Source of the DNA: a virus | Length of the DNA stretch: 64,000 nucleotides | Direction: 5' to 3' (one strand) | IMG/VR virus record: IMGVR_UViG_3300044691_000113 | Coordinates: 5,300 to 69,299 of that record | In this document: piece after piece, positions 44,416 through 54,136 of the stretch | How the letters are laid out: each line of letters begins with the position of its first letter | Position numbering within the stretch: position 1 is the stretch's first letter | The notes under the pieces: generated by a model | Databases searched by the model: none | Told to the model about the DNA's origin: nothing | What the model saw: only the letters and a program-made list of their open reading frames with translations | Made by a program: the position numbers and the translations under genes

Positions 44416-46343
44416 AAATCACGAGCCTCAAACTAGAGAACTTCCGTTGCTTTACTGCCCTCGACGTAACTCTGTCCAACCGCATCTCCGTGCTGCGCGG
44501 TCCCAACCACGTCGGCAAGTCCACATGGGAGCAGGCTATCCAGTACGCGCTCACCGCCCGCAGCGAAGGCACTAACGCGGCAGGCGCCGGAGCCGACGAG
44601 ACCCTGATCCGCAACGGTGCGGACATCGCCCGCGTCACCCTCGGTCTGGAGGTCGACGGTGAGCAGAAGAAGCTGCGCGCAACCCTCTCCCGTAAGAGCG
44701 GACGCGCCATCGCCACCAAGGACGCGGACGGCGTAGACACCACGCACATCATGAACCCGTGGCTCCGCGACCAGGCGGAGGTTATCTCCTGCCTGACGAA
44801 CTCGCGCTACTTCGTGGATCTCGATCCGGCCAAGCAGAAGGACATCCTCTCCGGCATCGTGCTGCCAGCCAAGTGGGACGGCTGGGATAAGGAAATCATC
44901 GCCGCATCGGAGAAAGTCGGTCTCGAAAGCGCTGCCTTCTTCGCCAACGAGCATCCCTTCCATGTCATCAGTTGGAGCTACGACGCAGCGTTTGAAGCCC
45001 GGAAGAACGTCAACCGCGACCTCAAGAACTTCATTGTCCCGAACGCCGATGTAGCCGACGCAGGCGACACGCTGGAGATCAAGGCGAAGCTTGTTCAGCG
45101 CCGCGAACAACTCACCGAGGCTCAGAACAAGCGGGCGAAGATGGTTGCTGGCATCGTCTCCCCGGAGGTCCACGCAACCCGGAAGGCAGCGGTACAGGCC
45201 CGCATCGACAAGGCGGAGACCAAGCTGGCAGACGAGAACCGTAGCCTCACCGAGCACCAGGGCAAGATCCTCGACAGGAAGCAACTCAAGGCGAACAAGG
45301 ATGCAGCCGCGCAGAAGTCCCACGCTGCCGAACTCGACACCAAGATCGCCACGCTCGAAATTGAGATCAAGACCGGCGCTGCCGCCATCGCCAAGGTGGA
45401 CTCGCTCGAGGACAAGTGCCACACCTGCGAGCAGGCCATCACTGAGGAGACGAAGGCCATCATCATCCGGCCGCTGTTCGAATATCAGGAGAAAGCGAAG
45501 GCCGTTCTAAAGAAGACAAAGGAGGATCGTGCTGCTGTCGGAGACTTCACTTTCGCTGCCCAGGCGCTGCTCGACCATGCCGCGGCAGAGAAGGAGGTCA
45601 CTCGCACTACGGAACGGCTACAGGAGGCTAGCCAAGACCTGAAGGCGGGCTACATGGACCTCGAAGCCATCGGCGAGGCTACTGTCGTCGACACCACGGA
45701 CGTTGACGCGGAGATTGCCGGCCTTCAAGAGCGCATCACCAAGGGTACGGAAGTCCTCACCCGCACCACGGCAGCCAACGAGCGCAAGATCGCCTACGAT
45801 GCCGCCGTCGTGAAGCTGGCTGCGCTCAAGGAGAAGTCGGCGCTGCTGGAGAAGCTGGTCGCCTACTTCGGACCCTCGGGCGTGCAGGCAACGCTGCTGC
45901 AGGAGTACGTGGGCGCGTTCAAGGAGTCGATGAACAAGGTGCTGGAGTCGTGGGGCTACCGTTGCCTGCTGACCTTCGACCCCAAGTTCTTCTTCGGCAT
46001 CGTCACCGAGGGACCAACCGGCGCGATCGTGTGGGACTTGAAGACGCTCTCGAAGTCCGAGCGCTACCGCTTCGCCATCGCCTTCCAGGTTGCCCTCGCC
46101 ATGCACACAGGCTTCCGCTTCGTGGTCATCGACGAGACCGACATGCTCGACAAGGAAGGAAAGGGCGGCCTGATGCAGCAGATCATCGACTCCGACCTCG
46201 ACCAGGCCATCCTCGTAGGCACCGACGAGCGTGACACCATCTCCCCCGGCATGGCGGCCGCCGCAGACTTCTTCATGGTGTCGTCATCGCTGGTCGACGG
46301 CATCCCCACCAGCTCCGTCGCACGGCTGCAAGCGGCGATCTAA
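44412..46343 (+). CDS. Rad50/SbcC-like SMC ATPase
   Basis: LENFRCF, Walker A GPNHVGKST, coiled coil with central CHTC hook, LSKSE signature, VVIDETDMLD Walker B/D-loop. Confidence 0.88.
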   Translation: MKITSLKLENFRCFTALDVTLSNRISVLRGPNHVGKSTWEQAIQYALTARSEGTNAAGAGADETLIRNGADIARVTLGLEVDGEQKKLRATLSRKSGRAIATKDADGVDTTHIMNPWLRDQAEVISCLTNSRYFVDLDPAKQKDILSGIVLPAKWDGWDKEIIAASEKVGLESAAFFANEHPFHVISWSYDAAFEARKNVNRDLKNFIVPNADVADAGDTLEIKAKLVQRREQLTEAQNKRAKMVAGIVSPEVHATRKAAVQARIDKAETKLADENRSLTEHQGKILDRKQLKANKDAAAQKSHAAELDTKIATLEIEIKTGAAAIAKVDSLEDKCHTCEQAITEETKAIIIRPLFEYQEKAKAVLKKTKEDRAAVGDFTFAAQALLDHAAAEKEVTRTTERLQEASQDLKAGYMDLEAIGEATVVDTTDVDAEIAGLQERITKGTEVLTRTTAANERKIAYDAAVVKLAALKEKSALLEKLVAYFGPSGVQATLLQEYVGAFKESMNKVLESWGYRCLLTFDPKFFFGIVTEGPTGAIVWDLKTLSKSERYRFAIAFQVALAMHTGFRFVVIDETDMLDKEGKGGLMQQIIDSDLDQAILVGTDERDTISPGMAAAADFFMVSSSLVDGIPTSSVARLQAAI

Positions 46344-46407
46344 AGGCTCTGGCAACCTCAACCCCTCGCGGAGATTGCGCCGCCCAAACTGGAACAAGGA
46401 GAGCATC

Positions 46408-47202
46408 ATGGACGGTTTGTACCCAGCATCAAACGCAGCAATGGGGAAGGCTCCACATTTCGACGGTCAGTGCCGCCCCTCAGATCGCGACATGCTCCTG
46501 AAGCAGTCGCAGAGCAATCAGGTGACGTCTGCGCCTCACCCTCCGCCTCCGACGACCATACGACTCGTCACAATGGTAGTGGAGGCAGCGAGGGGCGTGT
46601 ATCGGGAGTCCCTCGAGTTGCTGGGAGCGACGGTCGGGGAAGTTCCCGAATCGGAAGCTAACCGCGACGGGCTCGACGGACTGAAAGGTGAACTCGCCTT
46701 AGCGATACGGCTTATCCACGAAGCCTGTGGCAACCTGTCGAACCTGCGCAAGATCACCGGCGTCTTCCTCCTCTGCCTCTTCCTCGGAGGCGTGGCGTTC
46801 GCACAGAAGCCAGCGGCACCCGCACCAGCCGACGACAACATTGCCTGCAGCAACAAGGTCCAGCCCACCACCGGCTTTACCGAGTGCGAGATGCTACGCC
46901 TGAGCAACTACATAAGCCAGATCAACTCCATCCAGACGCAAGCGGACGCGCAGAAAGGCCCGGTCGCTACGGACGCCAATGAGTTCATCGGCAAGGTAGT
47001 CGCCGTGGATCGGAACAAGGGCAAACAGTACGAGTCGCCCAGCAAGCAGTTCCCGCTCGGACGTCTGGTTCCGATTCCTCCGCCACCCGCAGCACCGGCA
47101 GCAGCGACACCGGCACCGCCGATCGGTCCGCACACCGGGCCACTCCCGACGCCAGAGGCCACGCCACCAGCAGCAGCAGCGCCAGCACAACCAAAGAAGT
47201 AG
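46408..47202 (+). CDS. Hypothetical protein with internal signal/TM segment and Pro/Ala tail
   Basis: ATG behind AAGGAG; internal LRKITGVFLLCLFLGGVAFA-QKP. Confidence 0.6.
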   Translation: MDGLYPASNAAMGKAPHFDGQCRPSDRDMLLKQSQSNQVTSAPHPPPPTTIRLVTMVVEAARGVYRESLELLGATVGEVPESEANRDGLDGLKGELALAIRLIHEACGNLSNLRKITGVFLLCLFLGGVAFAQKPAAPAPADDNIACSNKVQPTTGFTECEMLRLSNYISQINSIQTQADAQKGPVATDANEFIGKVVAVDRNKGKQYESPSKQFPLGRLVPIPPPPAAPAAATPAPPIGPHTGPLPTPEATPPAAAAPAQPKK

Positions 47203-47254
47203 CACCCCAGGTGGGGCCTCGGCCCCGCCAACCCTTTCGAAAGCGAGTACCACC

Positions 47255-47827
47255 ATGAGCGTCGAGGCATATCCGCTTTATTGGCCCGAAGGCTGGAAGC
47301 GCAGCCGCTGGACAGAACAATCGAAGTTCAAGACAGGATTCGGCGCCGCCCGCGTCTTCCTGTCGGCAGAGATCGCCCGCATGGGTGGCTCGAAGGTCAT
47401 CATCTCCACCAACGTCCCTCTCCGTAACGATGGGATGCCGCGCTCTGGCTGCCCCGAGCCGAAGGACGCTGGCATCGCCGTCTATTTCCGCTACAAGGAC
47501 AAAGACATGGTGTTCGCGTGCGATAAGTTCAAGTACACGCGAGACAACATCTACGCCATCGGCAAGACGATCGAGGCGCTACGTGGGATAGAACGTTGGG
47601 GAGCCTCCGACATGATGGAGCGTGCCTTCGCTGGCTTCAAGGCGCTGGCGTCCACGTCCGAGGAGAACTGGTGGGATGTACTCGGGTGCCTGCCAGACGC
47701 CACGCATGAGGCTATTCAGACTCAGTTCAAGGCCCGTGTACGTGCGGCACACCCTGACTCTGGCGGCTCCGTCGAAGCCATGCAACGCCTCAACGTCGCC
47801 CGCGACCGGGCACTGGCACCGAGATAG
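47255..47827 (+). CDS. J-domain-containing phage protein
   Basis: AYPLYWPEGWKR N-terminus; C-terminal WWDVLG...HPDSGGS..MQRLN. Confidence 0.85.
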   Translation: MSVEAYPLYWPEGWKRSRWTEQSKFKTGFGAARVFLSAEIARMGGSKVIISTNVPLRNDGMPRSGCPEPKDAGIAVYFRYKDKDMVFACDKFKYTRDNIYAIGKTIEALRGIERWGASDMMERAFAGFKALASTSEENWWDVLGCLPDATHEAIQTQFKARVRAAHPDSGGSVEAMQRLNVARDRALAPR

Positions 47828-47829
47828 CC

Positions 47830-48123
47830 ATGGACCAGCGTCCCCCACTCCGGTTCCCCGCACAAAGGAAAGCCCGCGCACCCCGCAAACTGAAGCCTGC
47901 GACGAAGGACTGCCAGCGTTGTGACAATCTTCTGAACCGGAGGATGTTCGTAGAGTTCGGCGACGGGAAGCGACACTACGAAGCCACGCTACCGGAGCGG
48001 TGCGAGCACAAGGGGCGCCTCTATACGCTCAACGGCCTGCTGACGATGACCCTCTGTATCTGCTGCATTTCCGCTCTACGCAAGAAGGCCACCGTCACGG
48101 TGCGCCAAGTGAGAACCAAGTAG
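47830..48123 (+). CDS. Hypothetical protein
   Basis: 97 aa, basic, Cys pairs. Confidence 0.55.
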   Translation: MDQRPPLRFPAQRKARAPRKLKPATKDCQRCDNLLNRRMFVEFGDGKRHYEATLPERCEHKGRLYTLNGLLTMTLCICCISALRKKATVTVRQVRTK

Positions 48124-48152
48124 CACCCCTAGAGACACAGGAGATGAGAGCT

Positions 48153-48353
48153 ATGAGCGAAGTTAGAACGGTTAGCTTTCAGCAGCGTCAAGTGAGAAAA
48201 ATATGCGATTGCGCCTGCACCAAGTTCGGCTATCGGATTTACATCGTGAAAATCAACAGGGGCGCGATTATCGGCAAAGGTAATTCACTATATGGCGCTT
48301 ACGTCCGCGCATATCAATTTCTGACCCGGAGGCCCAATGACACCCAATCCTGA
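48153..48353 (+). CDS. Hypothetical protein
   Basis: ATG near AGGAG; lower-GC block. Confidence 0.45.
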   Translation: MSEVRTVSFQQRQVRKICDCACTKFGYRIYIVKINRGAIIGKGNSLYGAYVRAYQFLTRRPNDTQS

Positions 48354-48687
48354 CCCACAACCGAGCGATTTGAAGATTGGAAGCACGATTTATCGCAGGA
48401 ATGGCACCCCAGTAGAAATCACTGCCGAGACAAAAGTTAGCTGGATCGTCGGAGGACCGCACACGTGGGACCAACACAAAATAAAGAAATCAGCCATGCG
48501 AAAAGGTAACAGCGGGGAGCGTTGGGTCCAGTTCTTTGTGAATCGACAGGATGCGCTAGATTGCGCCTTTGCTGGCGCGAATAGATACCGGATCGGGTCG
48601 CTGGTGCAGGGTTGTGATGATGGCAAGCTACTGCGAAAGATAGCCGAGATGGTTGGCTATGAACCGGAGGCACCGCATGAAAACTAA
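48337..48687 (+). CDS. Hypothetical protein
   Basis: ATG behind GGAGG; 116 aa. Confidence 0.65.
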   Translation: MTPNPDPQPSDLKIGSTIYRRNGTPVEITAETKVSWIVGGPHTWDQHKIKKSAMRKGNSGERWVQFFVNRQDALDCAFAGANRYRIGSLVQGCDDGKLLRKIAEMVGYEPEAPHEN

Positions 48688-49699
48688 CTTACCCGAGGGA
48701 GCTACCACCCAACCTACCCCAGCCGTAATTTGTGTTGATCCAAACTGCGCTACGTGTGCGGAGGGACGGAGAATTGATGCCGAGCACGAAGCGCATTACG
48801 GAGCCAAACCCCAACCTATCCAAAATACCCCAGCCAGCGACGAGTTGAGAGATTCACTAAGCCGCGAGTTCGAGTGTGGCTATGCTCAATTGAATCCTAC
48901 ACAGAAAGTTCTGGTTGACCGGAGGGTTGAGCAACTGTCCGCACCCCTCCCGAGCGCAGGGAGTAAGCCAGCGCCACCTGACGATACGCCGAGTGCCCAG
49001 AATCGCAATGGGCTGTGCTGGTTTGGAGATGGAAGCTGCAATAATCCTCAGACCAGTAGAACTTTTTACTGCGCCGAACACGAATTCAAACCCGTCCAAG
49101 AGGTAAAGTCACGCAAAACATATTCTAAAAATGGCTATTGGATTTGTCGCTGCGGAGTAGTGGCTATGCCCCTGACTGATGACACAAGTTGCGATTGCGG
49201 AGATATTTATGAGCAGGAGTGGAACTTTGTCGAGATATCAAAGCCCGCCTCGCAGCCTGTAGCGGATGGAGGGGGATTGCCACCAACCGACGCCGAGTTC
49301 CTTTCGCGTGCGGAGAAGTTCATGGCCGATGCCGCCAAACTTGATAACGCCCCCATTGGCTACATGGTCGCAGCAGCCTTCAAGAATGAGGATCGCGCCC
49401 AACGTGCCGAGCGCCAACTGGCATCCTCTCAGGAAGCTCTAAGAGTCGCAAGGGAGGAGAATGAGCGGCTAAAGGCTGAGGTAAAAGCCGCCGACGACTG
49501 CACGCTGACAAATTATCGACTCTATGTGAATAGCGAGAACGCCATTTCTCCATTAAATGCCGAGTTGGAGGCGTTGCGCGAAAGGATGCAGCAGGCCGTG
49601 GAGAAACTGAGTACCGTAGGAATAAAAGCTGGATCATTGAACAGGGTACATTTCAACGAAGCCCTATCCTTACTCTCTCCAGAGGGGAGCAGCACCTAG
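48677..49699 (+). CDS. Mosaic hypothetical protein (zinc fingers plus coiled coil)
   Basis: ATG behind GGAGG; several Cys clusters separated by Pro-rich linkers. Confidence 0.65.
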   Translation: MKTNLPEGATTQPTPAVICVDPNCATCAEGRRIDAEHEAHYGAKPQPIQNTPASDELRDSLSREFECGYAQLNPTQKVLVDRRVEQLSAPLPSAGSKPAPPDDTPSAQNRNGLCWFGDGSCNNPQTSRTFYCAEHEFKPVQEVKSRKTYSKNGYWICRCGVVAMPLTDDTSCDCGDIYEQEWNFVEISKPASQPVADGGGLPPTDAEFLSRAEKFMADAAKLDNAPIGYMVAAAFKNEDRAQRAERQLASSQEALRVAREENERLKAEVKAADDCTLTNYRLYVNSENAISPLNAELEALRERMQQAVEKLSTVGIKAGSLNRVHFNEALSLLSPEGSST

Positions 49700-49786
49700 T
49701 AGTAGCATCTAACCACCACCCATCTAAAAGTTGTGGCCGCGGGATTTCACGCAAAGGTCGTTCAGTCAATCGACAGGACCCTTTGC

Positions 49787-50350
49787 ATGAGCCTCGAAGC
49801 CCTCTTCAAAAAGCGTTGCAGCCAGCAGTACCGCGATATGTCGAAGCGGTGCCAGCCGAAGCTCTGGTCCAAGGGCAAGAAGAAGGGCAAGGTCCGCGTC
49901 GCCGGCCTCAAGTCTCTCCCGTTCTGGCGGGACGAGCTCTGGGACCATGTCACCGCCCAGGTGCCGGCAGGTGGCGCAGACTGCCCCTACTGCGTCGCGC
50001 TCGGCCGCCGCACCATCATCTTCCTCGACACCTTCGTCCTCGACCACCACGAGCCGCTGAAGTGGATAGAGACCGGCGCCGACCCCGCGTGGATATGGCG
50101 TCTGGAAAATCTCGTCTGCGTGTGCAAGGACTGCAACAACATCAAGGGCTCGATGAGCTACCCCGCGTTCATCGTCATCTTGCGCGACTTCATCCCCGAC
50201 TTTGACCCCAGAGACCAGAAGTACCTCACCGCCTGCCTGAGAACCCACGGCCAGGTGATGCGGGGCTATGGGAAGAAAGATGAGCCCCCCCTGGAGTTGC
50301 CGAAGTTGGCAGCCCCACCACAACAACGCACCCTCGACGACGACTTCTAA
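49787..50350 (+). CDS. HNH endonuclease-like protein
   Basis: CPYC...LDHHEP...NLVCVCKDCNNIKG. Confidence 0.8.
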   Translation: MSLEALFKKRCSQQYRDMSKRCQPKLWSKGKKKGKVRVAGLKSLPFWRDELWDHVTAQVPAGGADCPYCVALGRRTIIFLDTFVLDHHEPLKWIETGADPAWIWRLENLVCVCKDCNNIKGSMSYPAFIVILRDFIPDFDPRDQKYLTACLRTHGQVMRGYGKKDEPPLELPKLAAPPQQRTLDDDF

Positions 50351-50361
50351 GGAGCATCCGC

Positions 50362-50976
50362 ATGGCTACCTTCCTCCCGAAAGGGAAACGCATTCACCTC
50401 AAACTCCGCAAGGCTACGCTCAACCGCGGCGGCTCGACGCGCCAGCACAACTTCAAGCTCGAACTCGACCTGACCGAAGGCGACGACGTCCTCACTGGCT
50501 TGCCGGAGTGGATGCAGAACGCCTTTACCAACCTCGCGCAAATCGGCAATTGCGCCGAGGAACAGAAGTTCGACGTCGTCTTCAACGACCATACCCTCGA
50601 GTTCTTCGGCTCCGGCAAGGCGAAGCAGAAGCTGTTCCCCGTGGTGCTCAAGGCGAAGCTCTCAAAGTTCGTGATGACGCGCACCGGCACCGAGGACGAG
50701 GACGTCGAGGTAAAGCTCGTTTTCACCGCACTCTTCGACACCACCAAGCAGATCCACGAGTGGGTGTTCGACGACGAGGACTCGGAACTCTGGATGACGG
50801 CCGAGTCGCCGCAGCTTGACCTCAACCTCAACGGGGTTCAGGAGAAGAAGGAAGACAAGGAAGAAGAGGACGAGATCGACGCGCAGCAACGCCGTAAAGA
50901 GGAGGCAGGAGCACGCACCACTCCCCTGATTCCGCTTGTCCCTCGCCGCACCCCTGCCAGCAGCCCGCACAACTAA
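50362..50976 (+). CDS. Hypothetical protein
   Basis: ATG behind AAGGAG; 204 aa, acidic C-terminus. Confidence 0.75.
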   Translation: MATFLPKGKRIHLKLRKATLNRGGSTRQHNFKLELDLTEGDDVLTGLPEWMQNAFTNLAQIGNCAEEQKFDVVFNDHTLEFFGSGKAKQKLFPVVLKAKLSKFVMTRTGTEDEDVEVKLVFTALFDTTKQIHEWVFDDEDSELWMTAESPQLDLNLNGVQEKKEDKEEEDEIDAQQRRKEEAGARTTPLIPLVPRRTPASSPHN

Positions 50977-51044
50977 CCCGCACGGGGTCGACGTCTGGCC
51001 CCTGCCGCACCCGCTGTAGAGAAGCACTCAGGAGAACACCGGAA

Positions 51045-51320
51045 ATGGAAGAACAAGGAATTGGATGGGCAGTCAAGCAGATGCACAACGGAAGTCTCGT
51101 GCGCCGCGCCGGTTGGAACGGTAAGGGGATGTTTATCTTCCTCGTGAACGGTAGCAAGTTCACCGTCAACCGCGCACCGCTCAATGTGATCTTCCCTGAA
51201 GGCACGGAGATCAGCTATCGCCCCCACGTCGATATCAGGACGCCAGACGGAAGCATTTTCCCTTGGAACGCAAGCCAGGGCGATTTGCTGGCCACCGATT
51301 GGGAACTCGCCACTACGTAG
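51045..51320 (+). CDS. DUF2829/Tad2-like protein
   Basis: VRRAGWNGKGMFIFL...PWNASQGDLLATDW signature. Confidence 0.85.
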   Translation: MEEQGIGWAVKQMHNGSLVRRAGWNGKGMFIFLVNGSKFTVNRAPLNVIFPEGTEISYRPHVDIRTPDGSIFPWNASQGDLLATDWELATT

Positions 51321-51371
51321 CAACCAAGGCGGTCGCCAACCAGCGGCCGCCGCACCACCTGAAAGAGCACG

Positions 51372-52763
51372 ATGCCCGAGCCCGTCAACGTCGAACTATC
51401 GCTCCCCGTCAACCAGCACGCAGAGATGACCATTCTCGGCGGCTGCCTGGTCGACGCTGCAGCTCTGGCAGACTCCTTAGACCTTCTCTCTCCCGACGCC
51501 TTCGCGCTCGACTCTCACCGCGAAATATTCTCCGCCATCCAAGCCATCAACAAAACTGGCGCGAGTGTAGACATCGTCACTGTCACCGACTACCTGCAAA
51601 AGAATAAGCGGCTGGCTGCGGTCGGTGGACTGCCTTACATCGCATCGCTCTCCGAAGGTCTCCCCCGCAAACTGTCCGTCGAGAGCTACGTCCGCATCGT
51701 CCACGACGCTTACCTTCAGCGCCAGCTCTACACCTTCGGAACGAGCGTCGCGGAGGGCGTCCTGGCCAAAGAGGACGAAGCCATGATCCTCATCGGAAAG
51801 GCGAAGCGCTGGCTCGCGTCGATAGAGGACGAGACCGGCGCCGACACGCCGATGGAGTCGGTCGGCCAGTACCTCGCGGATACCTATGCCGACCCCGAAG
51901 ACGTGTTCATCCTCGATCCGCAGGAGCAGGGAACTCCATCGGGCTTCGCATGGCAGGACGACAAGACAGGCGGCTACGTGCCGGGTCGCCTCTACATCCT
52001 CGCCGCACGCCCGAGCATGGGCAAGACGGCCAAGGTCGTCAACGAGATATCGAACGTTGCCCTCAAAGCCAAGGTTCCCACCGCCGTCTTCACCTTCGAG
52101 CAGGACCGCAAGGAACTCCTGCAGCGCCTCCTCTGCGGACGCGCCACCGCCAACCTGACCGACTTCATCAAGGGCAGGAGCGACCACGGCGACAAGGCCG
52201 CCATCCTCAAGGCGTATCAGGACTATCAGCAAGCGCCTCTCTACTGGGACCATAGCCCCGGCCTGACGGTGACGCAGATCCGCGCCAAGCTCATCCGCCT
52301 GCAAAAGAGCCTGACCGAGAAGCTGAAGGTTGTCTTCATCGACCAACTCAGCTTCATGAAGTGGGACGACGTTTACGAGAAGGGGCAGCGCACCGACCAA
52401 CTCATCGGCAGCATGACGCGCGGACTCAAGCGCATGGGGCAGGAGCTAGGGGTTGCCGTCGTCCTCGTGTGCCAGTTGGGACGCAGCGCCACCAAGAACA
52501 AGGACGCCCGCCCGACGCTGGCCGACCTCAAGGAATCTGGCTCGATCGAAGAGAACGCCGATGTCGTGGCCTTCCTCCATCGCGCCGAATACTACGACCG
52601 CACCGATCCATCGTTACGCGGGAAAGGAGAGTACATCATCGCCAAGCAGCGCCAGGGGCCCGTAGGCTCGCACGTCCTGAAGTACATGGCCCAGTCCGTC
52701 AAGTGGCTGGACGAGTGGACACCGAAGGACGGCGACGACGACGGAGAACAAATCCCGTGGTAG
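51372..52763 (+). CDS. dnaB: Replicative DNA helicase
   Basis: AARPSMGKTA Walker A, VFIDQL, CQLGR, PTLADLKESGSIEENAD, IAKQRQGP. Confidence 0.95.
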   Translation: MPEPVNVELSLPVNQHAEMTILGGCLVDAAALADSLDLLSPDAFALDSHREIFSAIQAINKTGASVDIVTVTDYLQKNKRLAAVGGLPYIASLSEGLPRKLSVESYVRIVHDAYLQRQLYTFGTSVAEGVLAKEDEAMILIGKAKRWLASIEDETGADTPMESVGQYLADTYADPEDVFILDPQEQGTPSGFAWQDDKTGGYVPGRLYILAARPSMGKTAKVVNEISNVALKAKVPTAVFTFEQDRKELLQRLLCGRATANLTDFIKGRSDHGDKAAILKAYQDYQQAPLYWDHSPGLTVTQIRAKLIRLQKSLTEKLKVVFIDQLSFMKWDDVYEKGQRTDQLIGSMTRGLKRMGQELGVAVVLVCQLGRSATKNKDARPTLADLKESGSIEENADVVAFLHRAEYYDRTDPSLRGKGEYIIAKQRQGPVGSHVLKYMAQSVKWLDEWTPKDGDDDGEQIPW

Positions 52764-52794
52764 ATACCAGCGCAGCACAACCGAGAGGAGCACT

Positions 52795-53004
52795 ATGCAC
52801 GATCCCGTAAACAACAGGCTTGTAGCCGTCACGCCCGCGTTGGCTGGCAAGTTCGCAGGACCGGAGTCGGAGCTTACCCCGACCGAGCGAGTTCAACGCG
52901 ACTGGACCCGCTTCAACGAAGGCGAACTGATCTCCATCAAGGGCGTGATGTTCTACGTCCACGAGATTGGCGAATCCCGCATGGTTCTGAAGCTCAAGAA
53001 GTAG
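52795..53004 (+). CDS. Hypothetical protein
   Basis: ATG behind GAGGAG; 69 aa. Confidence 0.65.
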   Translation: MHDPVNNRLVAVTPALAGKFAGPESELTPTERVQRDWTRFNEGELISIKGVMFYVHEIGESRMVLKLKK

Positions 53005-53052
53005 CCCGCACCCAACCATCCACGCAGCACTCACCGCACAAGGAGCGCACCA

Positions 53053-54099
53053 ATGCAGGTTACCGACACCGTCCGCGCAGTCCACACAGCAGGCGCCATC
53101 CGCCGCGCCTTCTTCGCCACCGTCCTCAGCGTTCAGCCATCCCTACCCGACGACATCGGGACCAACGGCGAACCCACCATCACCATCGGCTTCCTCGACC
53201 CCGCCATGCTCCACATGGTCGGCGGCGTCGGGTTCGGCAATGCATTCCGGCGCATCACCACCGTGCGCCACGTCAGCCACGACGAGGTACAGACCAGCGC
53301 GGCAGAGTATTGCTGGACCGACCTGCTCCCGAACGACGGCGGCATCATCGTCATCGCAAGCCTCAACATGGACGACCTCAACGAGCCGGCCGCGCAACCA
53401 TCGGAGCCAGAGGACACCATCGGCACCATCGTCTACATCAACCACAACAACGATCTGGAGGTGTTCCACGGCGGAGAAAATATGTTCCGGGTTCACTTTG
53501 AGGGAGAGGACTTCGACTTCAGCGACCTCTTCTCAGCAAAAGTCTTCGTGGACGCCAAGCCAGCAGCCAGCATCGAAGGCTCGCCGCGGGACTTGCTCGG
53601 GCACCAGATGTTCGGCGAGGACTCGGAAGAGGTCGCGAAGGCCCGGTACGAGATCCACAAGAAGCAGTTGCAGGCAGCGGAACCGCTCTTTACCGGAGTC
53701 TTCGATCGTGGGGAAGCGTTGGGACCGGAACGATTCGCTGCCGTCTCGAATGGCGTGACGATCTGGAACTACGCTACCCGCGATGAGGCCCAGTCCTACC
53801 TTGAGAAGTATCAAGCGGGAAACGCCCCACCGCAGCCCAGCGCCGCCGACCTCGACGCGCACGCAGCCGAGGACCAAGCGAAGGAAGCTACCGAAACACC
53901 GGGGTTCCAGAAAGTAGCAGACGACGCGGCAGCACTTCACGCGGCTCCGGAGGTTCCCACGGAACTGGCGATCGAGACGAAGGTGTACACGGACGGCACG
54001 ACTGCGACCGGAGTAGCCCCGCTTCCCGAACAGTCACCGGCACAGCAGGACGCAGAGCAACTCCCACCTGACTCTCCTGACCCACTGGCAGCACTGTAA
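53053..54099 (+). CDS. Acidic mosaic hypothetical protein
   Basis: ATG behind AAGGAG; 348 aa; followed by UUCG hairpin. Confidence 0.75.
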   Translation: MQVTDTVRAVHTAGAIRRAFFATVLSVQPSLPDDIGTNGEPTITIGFLDPAMLHMVGGVGFGNAFRRITTVRHVSHDEVQTSAAEYCWTDLLPNDGGIIVIASLNMDDLNEPAAQPSEPEDTIGTIVYINHNNDLEVFHGGENMFRVHFEGEDFDFSDLFSAKVFVDAKPAASIEGSPRDLLGHQMFGEDSEEVAKARYEIHKKQLQAAEPLFTGVFDRGEALGPERFAAVSNGVTIWNYATRDEAQSYLEKYQAGNAPPQPSAADLDAHAAEDQAKEATETPGFQKVADDAAALHAAPEVPTELAIETKVYTDGTTATGVAPLPEQSPAQQDAEQLPPDSPDPLAAL

Positions 54100-54106
54100 C
54101 CACCAC

Positions 54107-54128
54107 GGCGGGTCTCTTCGGAGGCCCG
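54107..54128 (+). terminator. Hairpin/terminator
   Basis: GCGGGTCTC-TTCG-GAGGCCCGC then TCTT. Confidence 0.65.
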
Positions 54129-54136
54129 CTCTTACT

